A stretch of DNA of 40,036 nt from a virus (Duplodnaviria; Caudoviricetes): positions 1 through 40,036 of IMG/VR virus record IMGVR_UViG_3300032233_000872; one strand, 5' to 3'. Both the position numbers and the translations under genes were made by a program. Positions within the stretch are counted from its first letter, which is position 1. Each line of letters begins with the position of its first letter. This document shows, one piece after another, positions 16,099 through 24,907 of this stretch. The notes beneath the pieces were generated by a model. It was not told the DNA's origin. It did not search any database and saw only the letters and a list, made by a program, of their open reading frames with translations.

Positions 16099-16506
16099 AT
16101 GCCACTCGTAGGAAACACCACATCAGGCGCACTCACCCGTACACGTATCGCAGATTACATTGCTGCATCAGAATCAGTAACTCCTGTTGCTGTAACTGAC
16201 GCTGCTCGTGTAGCAACTGCAGCAGAACTTTTTGTTAGCAAACTGTTCATACAAACCCCAACAGCAAACCGTACCTTCACTACACCAACTGGTGCAGAGT
16301 TGGCTACAGGTCTTACTGATGAGGTTGTTGGTTCATCATTTGAATTTACTATCGTTAACCTTGCTGGATCATCGTACAGCATTACGTTGACCGCTGGTGC
16401 ATCTGGAGTTACTATTGTTGGTAATGCTGTTGTTGCTGCTGCAACATCAGGTACTTTCATTGGTGTATTTACTGCTGCCAGCACGGTTTCTATTTACCGT
16501 AAGTAA
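16099..16506 (+). CDS. Putative capsid decoration/minor capsid protein
   Basis: Ala/Thr/Val-rich beta-type protein right after the MCP, with AGGAGG RBS. Confidence 0.65.
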   Translation: MPLVGNTTSGALTRTRIADYIAASESVTPVAVTDAARVATAAELFVSKLFIQTPTANRTFTTPTGAELATGLTDEVVGSSFEFTIVNLAGSSYSITLTAGASGVTIVGNAVVAAATSGTFIGVFTAASTVSIYRK

Positions 16507-16516
16507 TATTTAATCG

Positions 16517-16574
16517 GTGGTGGTGGACTAGTAACATCGGAGTATGGACAACTAGCCACCACCACTATTATTTT
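16517..16574 (+). terminator. Long hairpin with T-rich tail
   Basis: GTGGTGGTGG-a-CTAGT / 18-nt loop / ACTAG-CCACCACCAC then TATTATTTT. Confidence 0.55.
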
Positions 16575-16596
16575 CCAAATACAATTAGGAGCAATA

Positions 16597-17280
16597 ATGA
16601 GTATGAGTGACCTTTCATCGTATGCGATGATGTTTTCCAACAGCAATGCTGGCGGCAAAATGCCTAAAGGTAAAAAGAAGAAAGCATCAGCACCTAAGGC
16701 TACTGTGCGTTCTAAGCCTAAGGCAGATAGAACAGCGGGAATGCCTAACAAGGCACAACGTACAAGCACTACAGCAGGTATGCCTAACCGAGCACAGGTT
16801 GTTAACCCACGTACTTTAGGTATGCCTAGCAGTAGTCAGTCTACAGCCGTTAAGGGTGGTCGTGGCAAGTCTAGTGGTGCTGGTGTACCGCAACGTCCTT
16901 CTAGTGCTGCACAGATGCGTGCACAAGAATCTGGCAAGGGTCGTGCTGGTGCTAGTGCTGCTGATAAGCGTCGTATGGAATCATCTAGTGCTAGGTCTGG
17001 ACCTAAGAATGTTTCAGTTGGTGTTGGTACTAACCGTACTTATGAGCAAGCCAATATCAAGGCTGGTTCAAAGAATAAGCCTGTTGGTTCTGCTCGTTCA
17101 ATGGAATCACCAAAAGGGACTAAGGCTGCTACAGCCCGTACTGGTTCTGCCCGTGGTGTAGAGTCACCAAGCACTCCTAAGAAGTATGGTTCTGCTCGTT
17201 CGGTTGAACAACCAGCGAAGAAGGATCGTAGCAATACTAGTGCTGCTGCTCGTCGCAAAATGGAAAGCCGTTCACGCTAG
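16597..17280 (+). CDS. Basic, low-complexity, repeat-containing protein
   Basis: 227 aa K/R/S/A/G-rich; TAGMPNxAQ-like x3 and GSARxxExP x3; AGGAG RBS. Confidence 0.75.
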   Translation: MSMSDLSSYAMMFSNSNAGGKMPKGKKKKASAPKATVRSKPKADRTAGMPNKAQRTSTTAGMPNRAQVVNPRTLGMPSSSQSTAVKGGRGKSSGAGVPQRPSSAAQMRAQESGKGRAGASAADKRRMESSSARSGPKNVSVGVGTNRTYEQANIKAGSKNKPVGSARSMESPKGTKAATARTGSARGVESPSTPKKYGSARSVEQPAKKDRSNTSAAARRKMESRSR

Positions 17281-17301
17281 TTACAAATCACTCTAATAGT
17301 G
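17280..17301 (+). promoter_or_regulatory. Putative late promoter motif
   Basis: GTTACAAATCACTCTAATAGTG before ATG 17302. Confidence 0.65.
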
Positions 17302-17535
17302 ATGAGTAACTCTAAAACTTCCCAATTAGCCCACACCATGTATGGCAATCCCATTAGTGGAATTCGCCCTGCATCAAACGTACCCGGATCAAAGATGGCT
17401 ACAGCCAGCGCACCCTACACGGGGCGCCAACGCTGTATCGCCAACAATGACACTTGTGAAGGTCCACAGGCTAAAGGGACAGAACATTGCATTGGTCACC
17501 TGAGGGCTATGGAGAAAGGTCGTGACGTCGGATGA
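17302..17535 (+). CDS. Small C3H zinc-finger-like protein
   Basis: RCIANNDTCEGPQAKGTEHCIGH; start at 17299 (GTG) or 17302 (ATG). Confidence 0.7.
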   Translation: MSNSKTSQLAHTMYGNPISGIRPASNVPGSKMATASAPYTGRQRCIANNDTCEGPQAKGTEHCIGHLRAMEKGRDVG

Positions 17536-18239
17536 GTACATCAACAGAACTTGTTAACTTAGTCCGAGAAATCATTGACCTTGATGAAGCAGATCTGCCC
17601 ATCTCTCTGGTACGTACGTACTTGCGAGATGGGTATGACCGTGTAATCAACCTTGAACGCACTTGGCCGTTCTTTGAAACAACTACATCGTTTAACACTG
17701 TAGTTAACCAGCGAGAATACCCTACTAGTGGTATTGGTGCAGGAAACTTTAGAGAGATTACCAGCATGGTTGATACCAGTATTTCTGGTAACCGTTTGCG
17801 TTTAATTGCTCTTGAAGATGCTGAACGTATTTGGTCTGGCAGTTTGGACACTGCTGCTCGCCCAATGTATTTTGTTGAATGGAACAGTACACAGTTTTTG
17901 TACCCTAAACCTGATCAGATATATACGATCAATGTTCGTGGTTACCGTAAACAAACTTACGACTGGGTAAATGATGGGAACGTTGAAGTTGACTGTGATG
18001 AACGTTTACACACTGCTCTAGCGTATTATGCTTTGTCTCGTGCTTACCAGCGTCAGGAAGATGCTGAGATGGCTGCAATGTATAAACAGTCTTTTGATGA
18101 GGCTGTAACGTTGGCTCGCAAAGAGATCATGCGTATCACTAGTCATCGTCCTGCTATTTTGTCTGGCGGTTTCCCTTACGTCAGTTATGATCGTTGGACA
18201 CAGAATCTTGGTAGAACTCTAAGAAATTATCAACCGTAG
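17532..18239 (+). CDS. Head-tail adaptor / tail tubular protein A-like
   Basis: 235 aa, WPFF, LYPKPD, HTALAYYAL; position before the nozzle gene. Confidence 0.75.
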   Translation: MSTSTELVNLVREIIDLDEADLPISLVRTYLRDGYDRVINLERTWPFFETTTSFNTVVNQREYPTSGIGAGNFREITSMVDTSISGNRLRLIALEDAERIWSGSLDTAARPMYFVEWNSTQFLYPKPDQIYTINVRGYRKQTYDWVNDGNVEVDCDERLHTALAYYALSRAYQRQEDAEMAAMYKQSFDEAVTLARKEIMRITSHRPAILSGGFPYVSYDRWTQNLGRTLRNYQP

Positions 18240-18245
18240 GTTCGT

Positions 18246-19958
18246 ATGGCTAAAGGTTTACAGTTATTTAGACAAGACGATTTCACGGGTGGTTTAAACC
18301 TTCGTGCCGACCAGTTCCAGTTGGGTGCTAACGAATCACCCAGCATGTTAAACGTTGAGATTGATCCTAGGGGTGGTGTCGCTAGCCGTGGTGGCATGAG
18401 CACAATTGTTTCTACTAACATTGTTACTGGTTTATCAACTTTTAGTGGTTTAACTATCATTACTGAAGATGGAGATCTTTTAACTGGTGAGGGTGGAGAT
18501 TTTTTTGTTACCGAAGTTATAACTAGTGGTTGGAATCCCAAGAACCTTTTTGCTTTCAATGGTTCTACTCACCAGTTGATGTTGTCAACTGGTTTTGATA
18601 CATCTAACGGTCTTGTTTATCAAGGTACTGGCTCAAACTTCACTAGCACTACAATCCCTGTGGTTAATCCTGATGGTGCTACTTTTGCTTCTTGGGGTTC
18701 CACATTGTTTGTTGCTACTGGTGGACAGTCATATTCTTGGAATGGTTCTAGTGCTACAGCGTTGTTGGCTAGTGGTGACACTGTTGCTGGTGGTCTTGCT
18801 GTTGTGTGGGGTACAGCATCGGATCATATGCCTCAGGCTAAACATGCTATTACTCATGCAGGTAAAATGTTTGTTGCCAACACCAAAGAGTATGTTTCTG
18901 GTGTCTTGACTTCTTTTCCTAACCGTATTCGTTGGTCTGACGAGGCTGTAGTGAACCCTACTAGGTGGACTGCAGCAAACTATATTGACATTAACGATGG
19001 TGGTCAAGGCATTACTGCGTTGGCTTCGTTCAACGGTGTTTTAATTGTATTTAAAGAGTTTGGTGTTTACGCTATTCTTGGTTACAACTCGGATAACTTT
19101 CAAGTTATCCAGTTGTCAAACAAGGTGGGAACAATAAACCAGAACACTGTTTGTACTACCGAACGTGGAGTATATTTTTTCTCTTGGCCTGACGGACTAT
19201 ATTTCTATAACGGCAAACAGATCATGGACGTTTTCGAGAATATTCGTCCTATTTTAAAAACTTCTAAAGTTAACTCAAGTAGTACTAACAAGATTTATGT
19301 TAATAGTATTAATGATCGTGTATGGGTTTCGTTACCTTATTCCGAAAACGAAACGTTAACTTATCCTAGTGTTTCTTTTGTTCATGACCCTACATTGGGG
19401 ACTGCTGGTTGGACCATGTTTCAAACAGGAGATGATTATGGTGTTTCTGGTGGATGTACTTTCACTAAAAGTGATGGCACTGTTATTAATGCTGCAGCGC
19501 ATCCTGTTGCCGAGTCTGTTTTGAATGTTGATATAAAAGCAAATCAAGTGGACAATGTTTCTGGTGTTGACGAATCTTTTGATAGTTACTATAGAACTAG
19601 ATGGATTGATGGTCGTAACTATTCTATGAAGAAAATGTTTCGTAGACCTGATTTTGTTTTGAAACAAACCGCTACTGCACGCACTTTAACTATTGGTGTT
19701 TATCATGATTATGAAGAGGCTTCTGAACAAAAAGAATTTGGTATTGATCTAGCATCTGCTGGTTCTGCAGCATTGTGGGGTACGGCACGTTGGGATATTG
19801 ATCGTTGGGGTTCTGCTAACCAAGGTGCTGTAGTGCTAGCGGGTTCTAATCTAGGGTTGGCTAGAAGTGTTCAGTTAAAGATTTCTGGTCCTACAAGTTT
19901 ATCTTGGGGTGTTGACAGTTTTACTATTAAATATAATCCACGAAAGGTGAAAGCATAA
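18246..19958 (+). CDS. Tail nozzle / tail tubular protein B-like (P22 gp10-like beta-propeller)
   Basis: DFTGGLN start, NRIRWSD, LIVFKE, GVYF/GLYFYNG; follows the adaptor. Confidence 0.78.
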   Translation: MAKGLQLFRQDDFTGGLNLRADQFQLGANESPSMLNVEIDPRGGVASRGGMSTIVSTNIVTGLSTFSGLTIITEDGDLLTGEGGDFFVTEVITSGWNPKNLFAFNGSTHQLMLSTGFDTSNGLVYQGTGSNFTSTTIPVVNPDGATFASWGSTLFVATGGQSYSWNGSSATALLASGDTVAGGLAVVWGTASDHMPQAKHAITHAGKMFVANTKEYVSGVLTSFPNRIRWSDEAVVNPTRWTAANYIDINDGGQGITALASFNGVLIVFKEFGVYAILGYNSDNFQVIQLSNKVGTINQNTVCTTERGVYFFSWPDGLYFYNGKQIMDVFENIRPILKTSKVNSSSTNKIYVNSINDRVWVSLPYSENETLTYPSVSFVHDPTLGTAGWTMFQTGDDYGVSGGCTFTKSDGTVINAAAHPVAESVLNVDIKANQVDNVSGVDESFDSYYRTRWIDGRNYSMKKMFRRPDFVLKQTATARTLTIGVYHDYEEASEQKEFGIDLASAGSAALWGTARWDIDRWGSANQGAVVLAGSNLGLARSVQLKISGPTSLSWGVDSFTIKYNPRKVKA

Positions 19959-20800
19959 TGCCTTCAATGACAACAACATACACATTTACTAACGGTAACG
20001 TTATTGATTCTCTTCAGATGAACACAAACTTCAACGATGTTAAAGCAGCGTTCAACACTAATGCTGTTCAGGTTGACGGTACTGTTAAAGCAACTGAAGC
20101 ATCTTTGAATGACGGTATTGTTACAACTGCTAAATTGGCAAACCTTGGTATAACAACAGGCAAGATTGCTGATCTTGCCGTTACTGCAGCAAAAATTGCT
20201 GATAGTACTATTACTAGTTTAAAGATTGCTGATGATACTATTGTTAATGCTGATATTAACTCTGCTGCAGCAATTGTTGATACCAAGTTGGCTACTATTG
20301 CTACTGCTGGGAAGGTGTCTAACTCTGCAACTACAGCAACTAGTGCTAACACTGCTAGTGCTATTGTTGCTAGGGATGGTTCTGGCAACTTTACTGCAGG
20401 TACAATTACCGCATCTTTGAGTGGTAACGCTACATCCGCAAACAGTGCAACTACTGCTACAACTGCTACTAATGCCACTAATGCTACGAACGCAACGAAT
20501 GCTACTAATGCTACAAACGCTACTACTGCTGCGAACCTTACTGGTTTTGGTAGAGGTACTGTTGTTACTACTTTTACTGGACAGTCTGCTCAAAACAGGG
20601 TAAGAATGCTTGCTTCTTTTGCTCACGGTTTAGGTGGTCAACCTAGTGGGGCTGCAGTCTATAACGGTGATGGTAGTGCAATGCAAGGCTTGTTCCATGT
20701 GTTTTCGGTTGACGCAACAAACATTACTGTTGAGGCTGTAGATTATTCAAACCAGTTTATTAGTATTACTGGTCGTATCTATTGGATGGCGTACCGATAA
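19958..20800 (+). CDS. Tail fibre-like protein
   Basis: MNTNFNDV, repeated (V/I)TxxK(I/L)AD, IVARDGSGNFTAG and (TNA)n. Confidence 0.75.
   Translation: MPSMTTTYTFTNGNVIDSLQMNTNFNDVKAAFNTNAVQVDGTVKATEASLNDGIVTTAKLANLGITTGKIADLAVTAAKIADSTITSLKIADDTIVNADINSAAAIVDTKLATIATAGKVSNSATTATSANTASAIVARDGSGNFTAGTITASLSGNATSANSATTATTATNATNATNATNATNATNATTAANLTGFGRGTVVTTFTGQSAQNRVRMLASFAHGLGGQPSGAAVYNGDGSAMQGLFHVFSVDATNITVEAVDYSNQFISITGRIYWMAYR
20440..20530 (+). repeat. Degenerate 9-nt (Thr-Asn-Ala) coding tandem repeat
   Basis: ATTATTATNATNATNATNATNATNATTA with varied third positions. Confidence 0.85.
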
Positions 20801-20803
20801 ATC

Positions 20804-22261
20804 ATGACTGCTAGTGCTCCTGATCGTTGGGCTGCCCCGAACTATGCCAGTTTTACTGGGTCTGATGCAACACCGTTGCAACAGACGTTCCAGTCTTTGT
20901 CTACGTATTTGGAGAAAATTAATAACAGTGTGACGATTGCTAGTGCTGCTGGTGTTTCTAGTTTGGCTGGTACAGCCAACCAAATAACGGTGTCAGCATC
21001 AACTGGTGCAATCACAGCGTCGTTTCCAACCAACTTGGTGTTGGCTGGAAACGTTTCGGTTCCTGCTGACGGGAAAATTATTGATACCGCCAATGCTAAC
21101 TATTTTACACCTAAAGACCAGTATGGAAACATGTACCATAAACTTACTAGTGGTAGTTTTTATGTTGATGCAAACACTTACTATTTCCGTAATCAGGCAA
21201 CCACAAACTTGTTTACTATTGATGTAAACGGTACTTCTTCCAGTTTGGGAACCTTTACTGCTTATACTGGCACTAAAACAATAAACTTAGGTGCGTGGGA
21301 TGCTAGTTCAGCATGGACAAGCGTGTGGAGTACAAACGGATATCTTTTGTTAGGACACACAAGTGGAGACTCTAACATTTATTTGAGGACAAGTGGTGTT
21401 GGTAACGTAAGAATTGGTGGTAATGGAAACAACACTTTAGAAGTAGGCAGTGCTTCGGCTTCTATTACAGGTTCATTTACAGTTAGTAATTATATTGCTT
21501 CTGGCTCAACAGGCGTAACTGATGCTGGTTCTGTTTCTGCTACTGGCTGGTTTCGCCCTACAGGGAATACTGGCATATATTTTCAGTCGTATGGTGGTGG
21601 CTGGTGGATGACGGATTCAACTTGGATTCGTAGTTACAACGGTAAAAATGTTTATGTGGATGCCGAGGTAAGATTCGGTTACTTGTTTTCAAGCAATGCA
21701 ACCCGTTATCGGGGTTCGTACGGTGGTATGAGTTTTGGCAACAACGGCGCACTTAACAACTGGGATGGAATAGAATGGCAGTCCCCATACTCCCAAACTT
21801 TGATGGTTGGTCAAATTGGCGCTGCAGGCTATTCAGGAATGTATTACAACAACAACACATGGTCTTGGCTGTTCAACTACGGCACAATGGTAATCCCTTC
21901 AGACGTTAGATACAAAAGAGAAATTCAACCATTAACTATCGGGTTAAATTTTATTAAAGCGTTAGAACCAATCTCATATCTGAAACTTACCGAATCACCT
22001 GATGATGACCCTGATGCAACTCAAGGTGGTTACTACTATGGTTTCTCTGCACAGAACGTAAGAGCAGCCTTAGATGCTTGTGGTGAAACACGAGACGTAA
22101 GAATACATGACATTGGTGGACCTAACATGGGTCTAGTGGCTTGCACAGAGGATGCTGTTTATGACAGGCAGTTTATAGGTCTTACAGAGTTTATAAGCCC
22201 AATAGTTCTTGCTATACAAGAATTAGAACAAAGAGTATCACAACTAGAAGGAACAGTATGA
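20804..22261 (+). CDS. Tail fibre/spike with C-terminal intramolecular chaperone (peptidase S74-like)
   Basis: SDVRYKREIQPL...LEPISY...GFSAQNV...AIQEL; GWFR...YGGGWWMTDSTWIR segment. Confidence 0.85.
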   Translation: MTASAPDRWAAPNYASFTGSDATPLQQTFQSLSTYLEKINNSVTIASAAGVSSLAGTANQITVSASTGAITASFPTNLVLAGNVSVPADGKIIDTANANYFTPKDQYGNMYHKLTSGSFYVDANTYYFRNQATTNLFTIDVNGTSSSLGTFTAYTGTKTINLGAWDASSAWTSVWSTNGYLLLGHTSGDSNIYLRTSGVGNVRIGGNGNNTLEVGSASASITGSFTVSNYIASGSTGVTDAGSVSATGWFRPTGNTGIYFQSYGGGWWMTDSTWIRSYNGKNVYVDAEVRFGYLFSSNATRYRGSYGGMSFGNNGALNNWDGIEWQSPYSQTLMVGQIGAAGYSGMYYNNNTWSWLFNYGTMVIPSDVRYKREIQPLTIGLNFIKALEPISYLKLTESPDDDPDATQGGYYYGFSAQNVRAALDACGETRDVRIHDIGGPNMGLVACTEDAVYDRQFIGLTEFISPIVLAIQELEQRVSQLEGTV

Positions 22262-22416
22262 GCAACACAGATATTCAAGTAAAACCAGAACACGTCATTG
22301 AAAGCCTGAGTCGGCAAGTAGCCGAACAGGCACAAAAGATTGCCATACTGGAATCTTACCTACGTCAAATGCAAGAAGAACCTAAGGAAGCCCCTAAGGC
22401 TGTAGTTGACCTGTAG
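22258..22416 (+). CDS. Small coiled-coil protein, 52 aa (not in ORF track)
   Basis: ATGA overlap, AAGGA RBS; MSNTDIQVKPEHVIESLSRQVAEQAQKIAILESYLRQMQEEPKEAPKAVVDL. Confidence 0.7.
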   Translation: MSNTDIQVKPEHVIESLSRQVAEQAQKIAILESYLRQMQEEPKEAPKAVVDL

Positions 22417-22436
22417 GTGACAAAAGGACTATTTGT
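22417..22436 (+). promoter_or_regulatory. Putative late promoter motif
   Basis: GTGACAAAAGGACTATTTGT before ATG 22437 (this copy also contains AAGGA, a possible RBS). Confidence 0.55.
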
Positions 22437-22874
22437 ATGAGCAACATTGACTTTAGCCCTTATCAGGCACAGAAAGACGCTAGGAAGGCGCAGTACGGAG
22501 CCACCACGGCTCGTAATGCGTATTCCCGTTTCCTGTCCCAAACTAGAGGCAACCGCAATCTTTTTGATATGCAGAATGCTCAAGAAAAACAAACACCCTC
22601 ATTTGTGTCATCCTTTAGGCAACGTGGTGTAGCAGGTCCGGGTGTGCAGTCTGGTATTTTCACTAAAGGTCTGCAAGATTATGCTAACCAGCAGTTCACT
22701 GATATGTCTAGAGCACAGCAGGATCTTGCTAATGAGATGTATGGTTTTGATTTGACTGATCAGCAATCTTTGGCTGACTATGAGTCAGGCAATGCTGATA
22801 TTGATGTTCAGAAGCAACGTGAGATTGCTCAGGCTGCTGCTACTTTAAATTCGTTCAAACCGTTCATGTCGTGA
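22437..22874 (+). CDS. Putative internal virion (ejection) protein
   Basis: Gln/Ala-rich helical protein, RGVAGPGVQSGI; first of four post-tail genes. Confidence 0.6.
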   Translation: MSNIDFSPYQAQKDARKAQYGATTARNAYSRFLSQTRGNRNLFDMQNAQEKQTPSFVSSFRQRGVAGPGVQSGIFTKGLQDYANQQFTDMSRAQQDLANEMYGFDLTDQQSLADYESGNADIDVQKQREIAQAAATLNSFKPFMS

Positions 22875-22881
22875 GGTAATT

Positions 22882-23790
22882 ATGGCTCCACCTAAAAAGA
22901 AAACCAATAACAGTGCTGCTGGCTTCCGCATGGCTGACGAAGCAGCAACCAAAAAAGCAGGTAAGAACGCAGTAACCACTGTGCCTACTACTGTCACACC
23001 TACGCCAACTGGTTCTGGTATGAAGGGCATGAGTGCTAATGATGCTTTTGCATTGTTTAGACAAATGGGTCTTTCTATGGGTGGGGGAGGAGGTTCTAAC
23101 TCCAGTATGGTTAATGCCGCTAATCAACTTGCTTGGGAAAAACAAAAGTTTCGCATGGAACAAAACGCTAAACTTCAGCAAGAACTTTATGATCGTCAGG
23201 TTGCTGCAAATCAAACTGCTAGAGATGCAACTGCATTGCAAAATCAACGTACAGGTTTAGACGAATATCTTGCTGGCATTCAGGCACAAATTGATGCTGG
23301 TCCTAGTGGTTATGGTCAAAAGCAAGAGGCACTCAAAACTCAACTTGGTGGTATTTATGATACCGCTAAGTCAACAATGGGTACTAGCCAATCAGACTTG
23401 GAGAAGTCTTTGGCTACTATGACTAATCCTTTTGCTGGTTATCAGGCTCAGGCTGCACCAACGTTTGATACAACCAACTTGAGAAACCTTCTTGAAGGTT
23501 CACAAGTTGGTATAGATCCTTTGGAACGTCTTGCTGCACTACAGCGAAACGAGAACACTAGTCAGGCTAATGCTTTCCAAAACTTGATGAGTACTCTGGG
23601 TAATGTTTATCAGGGTTCTATGTCTGATCGTTTGGCTAATGTTAAGCAAGGTAATACTTATGCTAGTGGTCAGGCTGATTTAAATAAGGCTGCTTTAATG
23701 TCGCAGTTATCGGGTGAACAGTCTGACATTCTAGAGAAGTTGAAGCAGGCTCTTTTGGCAGGCAAACTACAACGTGGACAGTTAGGATAA
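22882..23790 (+). CDS. Putative internal virion (ejection) protein
   Basis: Gln/Ala/Gly-rich, Cys-free, helical. Confidence 0.6.
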   Translation: MAPPKKKTNNSAAGFRMADEAATKKAGKNAVTTVPTTVTPTPTGSGMKGMSANDAFALFRQMGLSMGGGGGSNSSMVNAANQLAWEKQKFRMEQNAKLQQELYDRQVAANQTARDATALQNQRTGLDEYLAGIQAQIDAGPSGYGQKQEALKTQLGGIYDTAKSTMGTSQSDLEKSLATMTNPFAGYQAQAAPTFDTTNLRNLLEGSQVGIDPLERLAALQRNENTSQANAFQNLMSTLGNVYQGSMSDRLANVKQGNTYASGQADLNKAALMSQLSGEQSDILEKLKQALLAGKLQRGQLG

Positions 23791-23793
23791 TTT

Positions 23794-24885
23794 ATGGCTC
23801 CTCAACCAATGCCGGACCTCAACCCTCTTTTGGCTATGATGCTTTTAGGCAAACAGGGAAAATCAAATCTTAGTGGTATTTCTTCCATGACTGGAATGAT
23901 GGACAATCCTTGGATTGGTATCTTGACTGGAGCATACGATCCATTGTCGCAACAGAACCAAGCAGACATACCTGATTCACCTACATACAATTATATTGCT
24001 AATGACCCTAATAGTCCATTAACTGTTAAACGTGTAGCACAAGCAATTGTTGAAGAAGGATTACCCATCCATGTAGTGCAAAATGAAATTAATAGCATGT
24101 CTAGTGATGGTGGTTACTCTAAAGAAGAGTTAAAGTCTTTGGCTAATAAACTTGCTGTAGAAAAGGCTGATGTTGATAAAGCAAAAGGTACTGCTGCTAA
24201 AAGTAACATGTTTTCTAAAGGCGGTTTCTCAAACTATACTGAACAGTATTCTGACAATCCTTCTTTAGCACCTTTTAGTGATGAGGCTAGAAAGTATATG
24301 TCTAGTTTGGCTAATCAGGCTTCATCTATGCGTAGTGAGGCTAATCTTTCAACAAGAAATATGGCTGGACAAAATAAGAAACTTGCTAAAAAGAATCTTA
24401 GTGTTCCAGAAATTCAAAAACTTTTGGATGATGTTCAAAATGAGAAATATAACTTGGAAGATCAAACTGCGTGGTGGTCGCCACAGGCAGCAATTAATGA
24501 CATTGCACCTTTGAGTGTTTTAAAAGGAGTATTTAGGAATCCTTTTAAAAAACATGAAAATAAAGATAGAAAACTTAAAGGCGAACTTAATGCTCAGGAA
24601 GAGGCTTTGAAGAAGAAACTTTCTCAGGCTAAGGTTGCTGAAAAGAAGTTTGGCAAGGGTCAGAAAGCACCTATAAACGAAGTTTATGGTGACTTGTCTG
24701 ACCCAAAAAACTTGGCTAAATACTTTGAGATTCAAAGCAAAATTCAGACTGCTAACCAGTTGGAGAAAAAAGCCAGCGATTATGGTGGTTCTGTTATTTC
24801 TAAGGCTGAGCAGGAAGGGCGTACCCCATTCATGGACCAGTATGCTCAACGTGCCCTTGCCCTTAGAATGCTTACGGGTCAATAA
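23794..24885 (+). CDS. Putative internal virion (ejection) protein
   Basis: 363 aa, helical, Cys-free, directly before the giant protein. Confidence 0.6.
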   Translation: MAPQPMPDLNPLLAMMLLGKQGKSNLSGISSMTGMMDNPWIGILTGAYDPLSQQNQADIPDSPTYNYIANDPNSPLTVKRVAQAIVEEGLPIHVVQNEINSMSSDGGYSKEELKSLANKLAVEKADVDKAKGTAAKSNMFSKGGFSNYTEQYSDNPSLAPFSDEARKYMSSLANQASSMRSEANLSTRNMAGQNKKLAKKNLSVPEIQKLLDDVQNEKYNLEDQTAWWSPQAAINDIAPLSVLKGVFRNPFKKHENKDRKLKGELNAQEEALKKKLSQAKVAEKKFGKGQKAPINEVYGDLSDPKNLAKYFEIQSKIQTANQLEKKASDYGGSVISKAEQEGRTPFMDQYAQRALALRMLTGQ

Positions 24886-24907
24886 GTTACAATTAGCATT
24901 ATAGTAT
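24886..24907 (+). promoter_or_regulatory. Putative late promoter motif
   Basis: GTTACAATTAGCATTATAGTAT before ATG 24908; no RBS. Confidence 0.65.

Noticed and set aside
20804-22261. Diversity-generating retroelement or invertible shufflon acting on the fibre
   Set aside because: No reverse transcriptase, template/variable repeat pair, invertase or inverted crossover sites were seen
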